From a virus (Duplodnaviria; Caudoviricetes): DNA of 27,117 bases. The notes beneath the pieces were generated by a model. It worked only from the letters and a program-made list of their open reading frames with translations. It did no database searches and was not told where the DNA came from. The stretch lies in the IMG/VR virus record IMGVR_UViG_3300034106_001095, positions 1 to 27,117 of that record; one strand, 5' to 3'. The translations under genes and the position numbers were made by a program. This document shows, in pieces, positions 7,061 to 15,099 of this stretch (the first letter of the stretch is position 1; each line of letters starts with the position of its first letter).

Positions 7061-7963
7061 ATGCATCCAGACATCCTGTCCATCACGGACACAAGCCCCT
7101 TTCTCGAACGGGCGCAAAAAGGTTCTTACTTCGATATGGGGAGAATCGGTAACGAGAAGATTGACGAGTTCCTGCGATTTAAGGAGGGGGAGTTCATCGT
7201 CTGCACGGGTCACGCCAACGTGGGCAAGACGCACACGATGTTCTATCTGATGCTGATGCAGTCCATCACCCACGGGAAGAAGTGGCTCTGCTATGCGGCG
7301 GAGAACGAGGTTCACTCCATCCAACGAAAGCTGATTGAGTTCCTGCACGCAAAGCCAATCAACTTGATTCCAGAGGCGAAGATGCACTCCGACCTGTGCT
7401 TCATTGATGAATACTTTAAGTTCATAAACCCGAACAAGATTCTCTCGGCATTCGAGCTGCTACAAATCTTCAACGAGGTATTGAACGAATGGCAGTACAC
7501 GGGTGCCTTCATTGACCCGTACAACTCCCTGCGTACCGACCAGAGCGTATTGGGCAAAACCTCGATGCACGAGTACCACTATGAGGTAGCAAGTGCCTTT
7601 CGGGTGTTCTCACACAAGGAGAAGGTCACCTTGATACTTTCCACCCACCCAGTCACGGAAGCAATGCGGAAGGTTCACCACGATAAGCACGAGTACGCCC
7701 GCCTCCCGATGCCTGTAAACATCGCCGACATTGAACACGGGGGCAAGTGGGGAAACCGCTCTGACTGTGTAGTCGTAATTCACCGCTATTCGGGCCACCC
7801 TACCGACTGGAAGCATACCCACATCCACGTCCGCAAGGTCAAGGAGACGGAGACAGGAGGACGCATCACCCCTTATGACAACCCGATCGTGCTGACCTCG
7901 ATGATGGGTAACGTAGGATTTACGATTGACGGACAAAATTTATTGAACTGTGTTGCCGTTTGA
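7061..7963 (+). CDS. DnaB-like (SF4) replicative helicase, no primase domain
   Basis: Walker A GHANVGKT, Walker B region FIDPYNSL, GGKWGNRSD and KVK motifs. Start placed at ATG 7061 because the longer ORF overlaps the tRNA-like element. Confidence 0.85.
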   Translation: MHPDILSITDTSPFLERAQKGSYFDMGRIGNEKIDEFLRFKEGEFIVCTGHANVGKTHTMFYLMLMQSITHGKKWLCYAAENEVHSIQRKLIEFLHAKPINLIPEAKMHSDLCFIDEYFKFINPNKILSAFELLQIFNEVLNEWQYTGAFIDPYNSLRTDQSVLGKTSMHEYHYEVASAFRVFSHKEKVTLILSTHPVTEAMRKVHHDKHEYARLPMPVNIADIEHGGKWGNRSDCVVVIHRYSGHPTDWKHTHIHVRKVKETETGGRITPYDNPIVLTSMMGNVGFTIDGQNLLNCVAV

Positions 7964-8207
7964 GTTCTTCCTCCAGCAGAAGGTCATCGATCTTGGCACA
8001 ACTGCCCAATGGATTTTGGAGCAGCACGGTTACGATGGGGCAAAGCACTTCAACAATGTCTTTGACGCCTCCCGAACCATCGAACAGTACCGACAATTTC
8101 ACAACGAAATATCAATGAAATTCTACCAGATGTCAGTTGAGAAGCAGGCACTCGAACAGAAGGTCTTGCAACTTGAACTTGAACTCCAAAAAAAATATGA
8201 ACTATAA
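7950..8207 (+). CDS. Hypothetical protein with C-terminal coiled coil
   Basis: 85-aa ORF overlapping both neighbours. Confidence 0.6.
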   Translation: MLPFEFFLQQKVIDLGTTAQWILEQHGYDGAKHFNNVFDASRTIEQYRQFHNEISMKFYQMSVEKQALEQKVLQLELELQKKYEL

Positions 8208-8592
8208 AGATTTTTGCGTACTGGTCGACCATAAGGACGACGGCAGACGGACGCTTGTGAATGTCAAGGTGCGAGCAGCATTCGCACATTCATTCCGAAA
8301 GCGGTATAAATTGGTAGAGCTTGCAGAGCAAATGGGAAAGACCCACGCTACGGTGATTCATTATATGAACCTTGAGTTCAGAAAGGATGCCGAATACTGG
8401 AGATGCTACCAGATAGCGCAGTCAATAATCAATTCAGAGGAAGTAGTAGACACCCTTGACATTGATACTTTGGTCAAGGAACGTACCCAGATGCAGCAGC
8501 GTTTGGCGATGAAAACTACGGAAGTGGCTATGTTACAGGAGGAAGTGGTACATTTACGTCTAAAATTAGAGCGATTAAAGCAAATGATTTAA
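8197..8592 (+). CDS. DnaA domain IV/TrpR-like HTH protein with coiled-coil tail
   Basis: LVELAEQMGKTHATVIHY matches the DnaA C-terminal signature (L..IG..fg.dHtTV.H). Confidence 0.7.
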   Translation: MNYKDFCVLVDHKDDGRRTLVNVKVRAAFAHSFRKRYKLVELAEQMGKTHATVIHYMNLEFRKDAEYWRCYQIAQSIINSEEVVDTLDIDTLVKERTQMQQRLAMKTTEVAMLQEEVVHLRLKLERLKQMI

Positions 8593-8624
8593 TATCGCAA
8601 TTCTACGCAAAGAAGCGTAAGGTC

Positions 8625-9140
8625 TTGGTGAATTTCACGAAGGGTTACGTTGGCGTCGAAGTAGCCGAGGACGTGGTGCAGGAGGTGTTCATTCGCCTCT
8701 TGCAACTTGCCGAGGAAGGGAGAGTTCACTTCATCCAGAACGGAGAGGTGAACTTTTTTTTTGTGTACCGCTCCTGCATCAACCTGTGCATTAAACTTCA
8801 AAAGCAAAAGGAGAATTTGCACAAGCTGAACTTTGGGGATATGTACGAGTTGGATGAATGGCTCCGACAACCAGAGAATGAATACAACTACGAGGAGGAC
8901 GTGGCCTACGAGCAGCTGCTGAACTCCGTCAAGGATCAAGTCGAGGTCATCCGATGGTACGACCGTATGATACTGGAAATAAACCAAGAGATGAGCATCA
9001 GCGAAATGAACCGCTCCATCGGCATCTCTCGTGACTCAATTCGCAACACATTAAAACAAGCAAAGAATGAAATCAGAACAAACATCCAAGCCGACTACGA
9101 AGCGTGGAAGAAAGCCAAAAGGGGCGGGAGACGTGATTGA
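8625..9140 (+). CDS. ECF-like sigma70-family RNA polymerase sigma factor (start uncertain)
   Basis: Region 2 AEDVVQEVFIRL; region 4 HTH MSISEMNRSIGISRDSIRNTL. Confidence 0.8.
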   Translation: MVNFTKGYVGVEVAEDVVQEVFIRLLQLAEEGRVHFIQNGEVNFFFVYRSCINLCIKLQKQKENLHKLNFGDMYELDEWLRQPENEYNYEEDVAYEQLLNSVKDQVEVIRWYDRMILEINQEMSISEMNRSIGISRDSIRNTLKQAKNEIRTNIQADYEAWKKAKRGGRRD

Positions 9141-9468
9141 AAGCATCACGGAAGCGACAGGAATCAAAGCAGCCGTTGAATGGTTCTCCGAGGTTACTGG
9201 AGTTGACTGCGGTTGCGATGCCCGCAAAGAGAAGCTGAACAAGTTGTTCCCTATCAAACAACCGCATTGCCTTGAGCAGGCGGAGTACACGTTCTTGGGA
9301 ACCGTCTTGGGTAAGCACAAGTTGACCGCCATTGAGCGTGAGGAGATTGCTCGCATTCACGCACGGACTTTCCAGCACAAGATGGTTGTGCCTTGCACCT
9401 GCTCCCCTAAATTATGGGCTGGGTGGATTCGTGACCTCCAGAACTTATACGACACCTATGGTGAGTGA
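9067..9468 (+). CDS. Conserved phage hypothetical protein with CGC/CTC motifs
   Basis: GAGDVIESITEATGIK...DCGCDARKEKLN...CTC; possible metal binding. Confidence 0.7.
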   Translation: MKSEQTSKPTTKRGRKPKGAGDVIESITEATGIKAAVEWFSEVTGVDCGCDARKEKLNKLFPIKQPHCLEQAEYTFLGTVLGKHKLTAIEREEIARIHARTFQHKMVVPCTCSPKLWAGWIRDLQNLYDTYGE

Positions 9469-9961
9469 TGCTCGCTGGGCGCAGTCCAGAGAGGTCGGAA
9501 AGCAGGGTGAGGAGAGTTTTGTCTTGGCTTGCGAAGCACTTGGGTACCGCTGCCGAAAGAGCAGCAGGCAAGAAGACATTGAATTGCACATTGACTATTG
9601 GGTAACCCGACCGCAAGGGGAGACCTCTGTTGACGTCAAAGGACAGAAGAAGAACGAGGAGGTCTGGGTTGAGTTAAAGAACGTCAGAGGCCACGCAGGG
9701 TGGCTCTACGGCCACGCTGGGTACATTGCCTTTGAGATGGCTTCGCTTGGTGGGTTTGTTGTGGTGTCAAGGTCGCAGCTGGCAGAGCTGATTGAGATAA
9801 CAGTTGAGGAAGTGTTCGTCCGCAGGGACGATGCCTACCTCAAATTGTACCAACGAGATGACCGCCTTGATGTAATTACACGCATTGAATTAAGTGACCT
9901 TGAACTTTTACCAACTTTCAAAATCATAAACTATGCCCATTCCAGTTCCCAAGCCCGCTGA
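9458..9961 (+). CDS. PD-(D/E)XK nuclease-like protein
   Basis: G..GEE.F, ID..V...VDVK catalytic pattern; ATG at 9458. Confidence 0.65.
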   Translation: MVSDARWAQSREVGKQGEESFVLACEALGYRCRKSSRQEDIELHIDYWVTRPQGETSVDVKGQKKNEEVWVELKNVRGHAGWLYGHAGYIAFEMASLGGFVVVSRSQLAELIEITVEEVFVRRDDAYLKLYQRDDRLDVITRIELSDLELLPTFKIINYAHSSSQAR

Positions 9962-10076
9962 AACGCAGGAAAAATTCATCCAAAGATGCGTCTCAAATGA
10001 CGTAATGAACACGGAGTTTCCCGATGAAAAGCAAAGGATTTCAGTTTGTTACGCCCAATGGCGAAAAAAAATGTAA
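9933..10076 (+). CDS. Small conserved phage protein, 47 aa (MPIPVPKPAETQEKFIQRC...EFPDEKQRISVC)
   Basis: Read manually; fills the gap before the promoter. Confidence 0.7.
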   Translation: MPIPVPKPAETQEKFIQRCVSNDVMNTEFPDEKQRISVCYAQWRKKM

Positions 10077-10082
10077 ATAATT

Positions 10083-10114
10083 TTTGGTGGTCTGGTTTTT
10101 TGTTTGTTACTTCG
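10083..10114 (+). promoter_or_regulatory. Bacteroidota sigma70-like promoter
   Basis: TTTG (10083-10086), 20-nt spacer, TTACTTCG (10107-10114); spacing fits the -33/-7 consensus. Confidence 0.6.
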
Positions 10115-10129
10115 CTTCATCAAACAAGT

Positions 10130-10139
10130 AAAACCAATC
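10130..10139 (+). promoter_or_regulatory. Leader motif AAAACCAATC copy 4
   Basis: 3 nt before ATG 10143. Confidence 0.8.
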
Positions 10140-10142
10140 ACA

Positions 10143-10469
10143 ATGAAAACCCTACAAGATTATCTCAACGAAGAAGGCGGAGCGAATTATCTTTTCAACT
10201 GCGCTATGTATAATTTATTCTCATCTTATAGCGACCGTGAATATGCTTCTATTTGTGGTTCGTTCTATGATGGCGTGGTTACTTGGGCAGACCACAACAT
10301 TGATGACGTGGAGGAGGTTTGTAATACAAAGTATAAGGGCTGGGTTCTTCACCTTTCGGAAGGTTATGTCGGCAAAGCTTACATCCCTAACTGGGTATTG
10401 AACCTTAACGTAAGCAACTATAAGCACGCCAAGTGCTTGTTCAACAAGTACATCAGAAAGGTTAACTAA
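10143..10469 (+). CDS. Hypothetical accessory early protein
   Basis: ATG after the leader motif; 108 aa; AT-richer than neighbours. Confidence 0.75.
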   Translation: MKTLQDYLNEEGGANYLFNCAMYNLFSSYSDREYASICGSFYDGVVTWADHNIDDVEEVCNTKYKGWVLHLSEGYVGKAYIPNWVLNLNVSNYKHAKCLFNKYIRKVN

Positions 10470-10506
10470 ATCAAAACGGGGAGCAGCATCCGAACAACTG
10501 CATCTT

Positions 10507-10516
10507 AAAACCAATC
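10507..10516 (+). promoter_or_regulatory. Leader motif AAAACCAATC copy 5
   Basis: 3 nt before ATG 10520; preceded by a short GCAG...CTGC stem. Confidence 0.8.
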
Positions 10517-10519
10517 AAG

Positions 10520-10660
10520 ATGAACAAACTCCAAAACATCATCATCGACATCACCGTCCCTTTGGCGTGGATGCTCATCCTGTCGGCTGCCTTCTTTGCA
10601 GTTGTACTCCTTCCTCAAATCATATTCGTTCAGCTATGCGACTGTCAGCCGACTTTCTAA
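10520..10660 (+). CDS. Small membrane protein, 46 aa
   Basis: Manually read MNKLQNIIIDITVPLAWMLILSAAFFAVVLLPQIIFVQLCDCQPTF. Confidence 0.7.
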   Translation: MNKLQNIIIDITVPLAWMLILSAAFFAVVLLPQIIFVQLCDCQPTF

Positions 10661-10911
10661 TGGACTATGCCGAGCGAATCGGTATCGCCCCAGAGGATGC
10701 AGGCCCTCGCACTTGGAATGAAATCTTCGCCGACTGGGCAGGGTTCAAATCCGTAGACGATATGATACGATATGAGCTGCACGTTGATATTGACAACTGC
10801 GATGCTCCAGACGGCAAGTTCCACGATGTGGACTTCGTTCACTACCCTTACGAACCAAACCTCCCGTTTGATGTGAACGAGATGTACAAGGCAATAGAGA
10901 AGGATTTATGA
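10636..10911 (+). CDS. Acidic hypothetical protein
   Basis: ORF with ATG at 10636 (alternative 10660); Asp/Glu-rich. Confidence 0.65.
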   Translation: MRLSADFLMDYAERIGIAPEDAGPRTWNEIFADWAGFKSVDDMIRYELHVDIDNCDAPDGKFHDVDFVHYPYEPNLPFDVNEMYKAIEKDL

Positions 10912-11117
10912 TGCCCCGTATATTCAAAGAGCTTGTGACCCGTGAATGCACGGACTGCAAGGAGGTAGTGGCAGGCAATTACTTCACGCATTGCAAGCGC
11001 ACCAACAAGAACGAGGTGGTGTACTATCAGCGTTCAGATTGCAAATTCTGTCGAGCAAAGAAGGAACGTGACCGCAGGGCAGCATCCAAAAAAAAGTCAA
11101 ACGTACAGACCATATGA
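10908..11117 (+). CDS. Zinc-ribbon protein
   Basis: CTDC...CKFC motif with a basic tail. Confidence 0.7.
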   Translation: MMPRIFKELVTRECTDCKEVVAGNYFTHCKRTNKNEVVYYQRSDCKFCRAKKERDRRAASKKKSNVQTI

Positions 11118-11770
11118 GAGCGGACATAATACACGGAAACTGTCTGGAGGAACTGGCAAAGATTGACCTCAATTTAATCAATCCAGTATTCGTGAGCGAC
11201 CCTCCGTTCAATGTTGGGTATAAGTACGCAACATATAAAGACAGAATGAAGGAGGCGCAATACTATCAGATGCTCGCTTCAGTTTTTTCAGCTCATCCTC
11301 ACGTCTTGATTCACTACCCAGAGCAACTGCACAGGTACTCGATTGAAATTGGAACAATGCCCTCAAGGGTGGTGAGTTGGGTATATAATTCTAACACGGC
11401 AAAACAACACAGAGACATCGCCTTCTATAATGTGTCTCCAGATTTCAAGCAGTACGGGCAGGAGTACAAAAACCCAAAAGACAAGCGAATAGCAAAGCGA
11501 GTCGAGGAAGGAAAGAAAGCCCGCCTCTATGATTGGTGGCAAATCAATCAAGTCAAGAATGTAAACAAAGACAAGACAGACCACCCCTGCCAAATGCCAC
11601 TTGAAGTGATGCGGAGGATTGTCGGAGTTCTTCCCGCTGGAGTTACTGTCATAGACCCATTCCTCGGAAGCGGAACAACTGCTCTCGCTTGTAAGCAACT
11701 GGGAGTCCCATTCATCGGAATTGAGATGGATGAGAAGTATGTCGAGATTGCAAAAAAAAGAATACAATGA
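11114..11770 (+). CDS. Orphan DNA methyltransferase (N6-adenine/N4-cytosine, beta class)
   Basis: Motif IV SDPPF precedes HPCQMP and motif I DPFLGSGTT. Confidence 0.9.
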   Translation: MRADIIHGNCLEELAKIDLNLINPVFVSDPPFNVGYKYATYKDRMKEAQYYQMLASVFSAHPHVLIHYPEQLHRYSIEIGTMPSRVVSWVYNSNTAKQHRDIAFYNVSPDFKQYGQEYKNPKDKRIAKRVEEGKKARLYDWWQINQVKNVNKDKTDHPCQMPLEVMRRIVGVLPAGVTVIDPFLGSGTTALACKQLGVPFIGIEMDEKYVEIAKKRIQ

Positions 11771-12546
11771 AAACAATCAAACTTCTTGACGGCTCCATCT
11801 GGGACACCGTCACCCTCAAAGAGAAGATGCTGGACGATTCGTTCTACTACGGAGACCTCGGCCGCACGGCTCTATCAAGCAGCGCAGCAAAGCTCCTGCT
11901 TCAATCCCCAAAGACGTACCACTATGTGACGAAGTACGGACAGGAGGATTCCGATGCCTTCTCCGTTGGGCGTCTGGTTCACTTGATGGTATTGCAACCC
12001 GATCTCGTAAAAGAGTACGAGGTCATCGATGTGCAATCCAAGAACACCAAGACGTGGCAAGAGGCAAAAAAAACAGGAGCCAAAATCATCACGGCAAAGG
12101 AGTTCAGCGAAGCCGAAAGAATCGCCAACGCACTTCTCCGCAATGAGCAGGTGATGGACTACGTTAACGACTGCGAATACGAAGTTCCCCAAGTGGGAAC
12201 TATTGGAGGCCTGCCCTTCCGTGCGAAGGCGGACATCTACACGAGCGGGTTTATAGCAGATTTGAAGACCACAACAGACCTTCGTGCCTTCCCCTTTTCA
12301 GCACGAAAATATTCTTATGATATGCAAGCGTTTATCTACACCCGACTCTTTGGAGTGCCGATTGACAAGTTCATCTTCATCGCCATCGACAAGGCGTCCC
12401 TTGATATTGGAATCTACACGGTCTCTCCAGAGTTCGTTGCGGAGGGTGAGCGCAAGGTTCACGAGGCGATTGAACTGTACAAAGAGTTCTTCCTCGGAAA
12501 TGACAACCCAGAGCTTGACTCCTACACCATCATCGGTCAACTTTAA
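11767..12546 (+). CDS. RecE/exonuclease VIII-like PD-(D/E)XK exonuclease (DUF3799-like)
   Basis: LSSS..K.LL.SP, G..VH...L, KAD...DLKTT, Y..QA..Y motifs. Confidence 0.85.
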   Translation: MKTIKLLDGSIWDTVTLKEKMLDDSFYYGDLGRTALSSSAAKLLLQSPKTYHYVTKYGQEDSDAFSVGRLVHLMVLQPDLVKEYEVIDVQSKNTKTWQEAKKTGAKIITAKEFSEAERIANALLRNEQVMDYVNDCEYEVPQVGTIGGLPFRAKADIYTSGFIADLKTTTDLRAFPFSARKYSYDMQAFIYTRLFGVPIDKFIFIAIDKASLDIGIYTVSPEFVAEGERKVHEAIELYKEFFLGNDNPELDSYTIIGQL

Positions 12547-12556
12547 TCCTTACAAA

Positions 12557-12772
12557 ATGAAAATAGACCACATCGCACACTTCTGGGCAGGTATGGCAAT
12601 CCTTGCCGTTACGGGTAGCTGGCCGCTTCTTATTGCAGCAGCATTCGGGCGTGAATTAAAAGGCATCCTGCTGGACAAACGAACGGACTACGATGATAGC
12701 GTCTGGGACGTGGTATACACTTTGGCTGGTGGCCTTGCTGCAATGTTAGCTCAATTCTTGTTTGCCTTATGA
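12557..12772 (+). CDS. Small membrane protein (VanZ-like signature)
   Basis: D...HF.AG...E...D....GG pattern with hydrophobic helices. Confidence 0.6.
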   Translation: MKIDHIAHFWAGMAILAVTGSWPLLIAAAFGRELKGILLDKRTDYDDSVWDVVYTLAGGLAAMLAQFLFAL

Positions 12773-12987
12773 AAGCGATTCTTGAGTTCAATTTGCCCGA
12801 TGACGAGCAAGAGTTCAGCGATGCGACCAACGGAGGGATGTACAAACACGTCCTCTGGAAACTTGACCAAGACCTTCGTGGAAAGATGAAGCACGGGATG
12901 CTGAACGAGTGCGAATACAGTTGCTACGATCAAGTGCGTGAGGACATCCGTAACCTGTTGCAGGTTCACAATTTGAATATAGAATGA
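12769..12987 (+). CDS. Conserved phage hypothetical protein (MKAILEFNLPDD family)
   Basis: 72-aa ORF with ATGA overlaps. Confidence 0.75.
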   Translation: MKAILEFNLPDDEQEFSDATNGGMYKHVLWKLDQDLRGKMKHGMLNECEYSCYDQVREDIRNLLQVHNLNIE

Positions 12988-13142
12988 AGACACACATCCA
13001 AGAACTGATGGCTCTTTATCATCTGCTTGACGAAATCGGTCAAATCATAGATTCCGAGAATAGCGGCCTATCCGCAGAGCAGCGATTGAGCGAGATTGAA
13101 AGAACGATAAAAAAACTATTTCAAAACACCAAAGAGAAATGA
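12984..13142 (+). CDS. Hypothetical protein, 52 aa
   Basis: Manually read MKTHIQELMALY...; ATGA overlaps at both ends. Confidence 0.7.
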   Translation: MKTHIQELMALYHLLDEIGQIIDSENSGLSAEQRLSEIERTIKKLFQNTKEK

Positions 13143-13366
13143 GCGAAGTCCGCCCCGATCACTACAAGCAAAATAACAAAGAGGTGTGGGAAATGATGCT
13201 TGACATCTGGGGGCCTGCTGCCTTCATTGCCTACTGTGAAATCAACGCCTTCAAATATCGAATGCGAGCAGGACGCAAACCCAATAACCCAATCGAGCAG
13301 GACATTCTCAAGGCACAATGGTACGAGGGGAAAGCCAGCGAAATAGCAAGAATCGAAAATGAGTAA
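13139..13366 (+). CDS. DUF3310/SaV-like protein (T7 gp1.7 nucleotide kinase-related)
   Basis: PDHY...N..KY..RAG.K....DI.KA.WY signature. Confidence 0.85.
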   Translation: MSEVRPDHYKQNNKEVWEMMLDIWGPAAFIAYCEINAFKYRMRAGRKPNNPIEQDILKAQWYEGKASEIARIENE

Positions 13367-13607
13367 TGCGATTTGGATGCTTGACCTTGAGGTATCGTAC
13401 ACCAAGAGCAAAAAGAAGCACACAAAAAAGGTCTGGGCTTCCTCCAGATGGGAGGAGTTTCGCTCGGTAGTCAAGGACGAGGAGTGCATCGAGCAAATCA
13501 AATCCCGCTACGACTTACAGACGGCAACTGACTTCCGCATCACAAAAGTCCTCGGAGCGGTTTATTTAGGTGAGCGTTATGGTAAAACACAAGAAGGTAT
13601 ACTTTGA
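13359..13607 (+). CDS. Hypothetical protein
   Basis: 82-aa ORF overlapping its neighbours. Confidence 0.65.
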   Translation: MSNAIWMLDLEVSYTKSKKKHTKKVWASSRWEEFRSVVKDEECIEQIKSRYDLQTATDFRITKVLGAVYLGERYGKTQEGIL

Positions 13608-13842
13608 TGCCACAGGGCTATCGCCCGTCGAATTCGTGGAATGCGAAGTGTGTGGAGGCCGTGCGGTTGACATCCACCACATCCAACCGAGAGGAATGGG
13701 AGGGAGCAAGAGCCGTGACGTAATAGAAAATCTGATGGCGGTATGCCGACCTTGCCACCACGAAGCCGACTTTGGCACTAAACTATCAAAAGAGTACCTA
13801 TATGAAATCCACTTACAGTACCTATCACGGATTCTCCCTTGA
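13579..13842 (+). CDS. HNH endonuclease
   Basis: CEVC...DIHHI...NL..VCRPCH; located upstream of the terminase genes. Confidence 0.85.
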   Translation: MVKHKKVYFDATGLSPVEFVECEVCGGRAVDIHHIQPRGMGGSKSRDVIENLMAVCRPCHHEADFGTKLSKEYLYEIHLQYLSRILP

Positions 13843-14017
13843 CACCGTCATCGGTTCCTACTACATTATGCGTATCAACGTATCGATGGCGGGCATTATG
13901 CTTCACCATTACGAGGTGTACAGACGAAAGGGAAAGGACTTCTTTTTGGAGTACCAGAGCGAGGAGATGAACGATGACGCCTTCAACGATTGCGTGAACT
14001 ACATCCGCCTCAAATGA
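13802..14017 (+). CDS. Hypothetical protein
   Basis: ORF ending in an ATGA overlap with the next gene; start uncertain. Confidence 0.55.
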   Translation: MKSTYSTYHGFSLDTVIGSYYIMRINVSMAGIMLHHYEVYRRKGKDFFLEYQSEEMNDDAFNDCVNYIRLK

Positions 14018-14535
14018 TACACATCCTCACGCCCTGCTCTCGTCCGTGGAACCTTGTGATGATAGCCCCAAGCATTCCACCCAAATGCAGCTGGAAGGTG
14101 GCCTTTGATAAATCAACAGGCGTACAATCAAGAGGCAAATGGTATACGTCTCAATTCACTGGCAGCTGGGGTCATCCTGTACGGAACGAAATGCTCTCCC
14201 GCCTAAAGGCCAAGCCAGACGATTACATCCTCTTTCTCGACGATGACAACCTCATCCACCCCAACTGGTACGAACACATCCAAGGAAGCACCGCAGATAT
14301 GGTCACGTGGGGGCAGGAGAACAAGGACGGCTCCCTCCGACTGCGAGCAACAGACCAGCCACAGATAGGCAATATCGATATGGCTTCCTTTATGGTGAAG
14401 TATAAAATCGCCAAGCAACTGAAATTCACCGACGTATACGAGGCAGATGGTATCTTTGCAATGCAGGCAGCCCAAAAAGCGAGCGACATTCAAGTAATAA
14501 ACGAAAGCATTTCATACTACAACTACCTAAAATGA
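14014..14535 (+). CDS. Glycosyltransferase, GT-A fold (GT2-like)
   Basis: N-terminal IHILTP...R..NL, RN, FLDDDN (DxD), EADG motifs. Confidence 0.8.
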   Translation: MIHILTPCSRPWNLVMIAPSIPPKCSWKVAFDKSTGVQSRGKWYTSQFTGSWGHPVRNEMLSRLKAKPDDYILFLDDDNLIHPNWYEHIQGSTADMVTWGQENKDGSLRLRATDQPQIGNIDMASFMVKYKIAKQLKFTDVYEADGIFAMQAAQKASDIQVINESISYYNYLK

Positions 14536-14762
14536 AAGCAACTTTGACCTATAAGGTGGAGACCCACGAACAGGAGGCCATCTTCAAACGAGCAGTACGT
14601 TCCGAGGACGCTTGGAACTCCCTCTGGGAGACCGAACTATTCTTGCATACAATGGTGCAGGAAGCCAAGCACGAATACGAGCTGATTCTTTGGAAACAAG
14701 CGCAGTCCGTATTCCGCAACATCCTACAAACGAACTCAATATCTCTGGAGAATGAGTACTAA
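14532..14762 (+). CDS. Hypothetical protein, probable paralogue of 12769-12987
   Basis: MKA.L....EQE...LW...RN.LQ pattern is shared. Confidence 0.65.
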   Translation: MKATLTYKVETHEQEAIFKRAVRSEDAWNSLWETELFLHTMVQEAKHEYELILWKQAQSVFRNILQTNSISLENEY

Positions 14763-15099
14763 AACGGACATTACAAAAAGGGCAATGATTGAAGCCCTCG
14801 AAAAGTCGCTTGGTATTGTGTCTACCGCAGCACGAGTGGTAGGCATCAGCCGCAATACGCACTACGAATGGTACCGTGAAGACCCCAAGTACAAGCAAGA
14901 GGTAGACGCTATCGCAGATATGGCGATTGACTTTGCGGAGTCCTCCCTTCACAACCAGATAAAGGACGGCAACCCTACCTCCACCATCTTCTACTTAAAG
15001 ACAAAGGGCAAGAGCCGTGGCTATGTAGAACGGCAGGAGATAGAACACCACGCAGACAAATCCTTCAAGGTCACCATTGTCGGAGATACGAACGAATAA
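14752..15099 (+). CDS. terS: Terminase small subunit (HTH)
   Basis: HTH STAARVVGISRNTHYEW, IFYLKTKGK.RGY; directly precedes TerL. Confidence 0.75.
   Translation: MSTKTDITKRAMIEALEKSLGIVSTAARVVGISRNTHYEWYREDPKYKQEVDAIADMAIDFAESSLHNQIKDGNPTSTIFYLKTKGKSRGYVERQEIEHHADKSFKVTIVGDTNE

Noticed and set aside
9458-11770. Restriction-modification pair (PD-(D/E)XK nuclease plus methyltransferase)
   Set aside because: The genes are separated by a promoter and several ORFs; orphan methyltransferases and such nucleases are common in phages, and nothing links their specificities.
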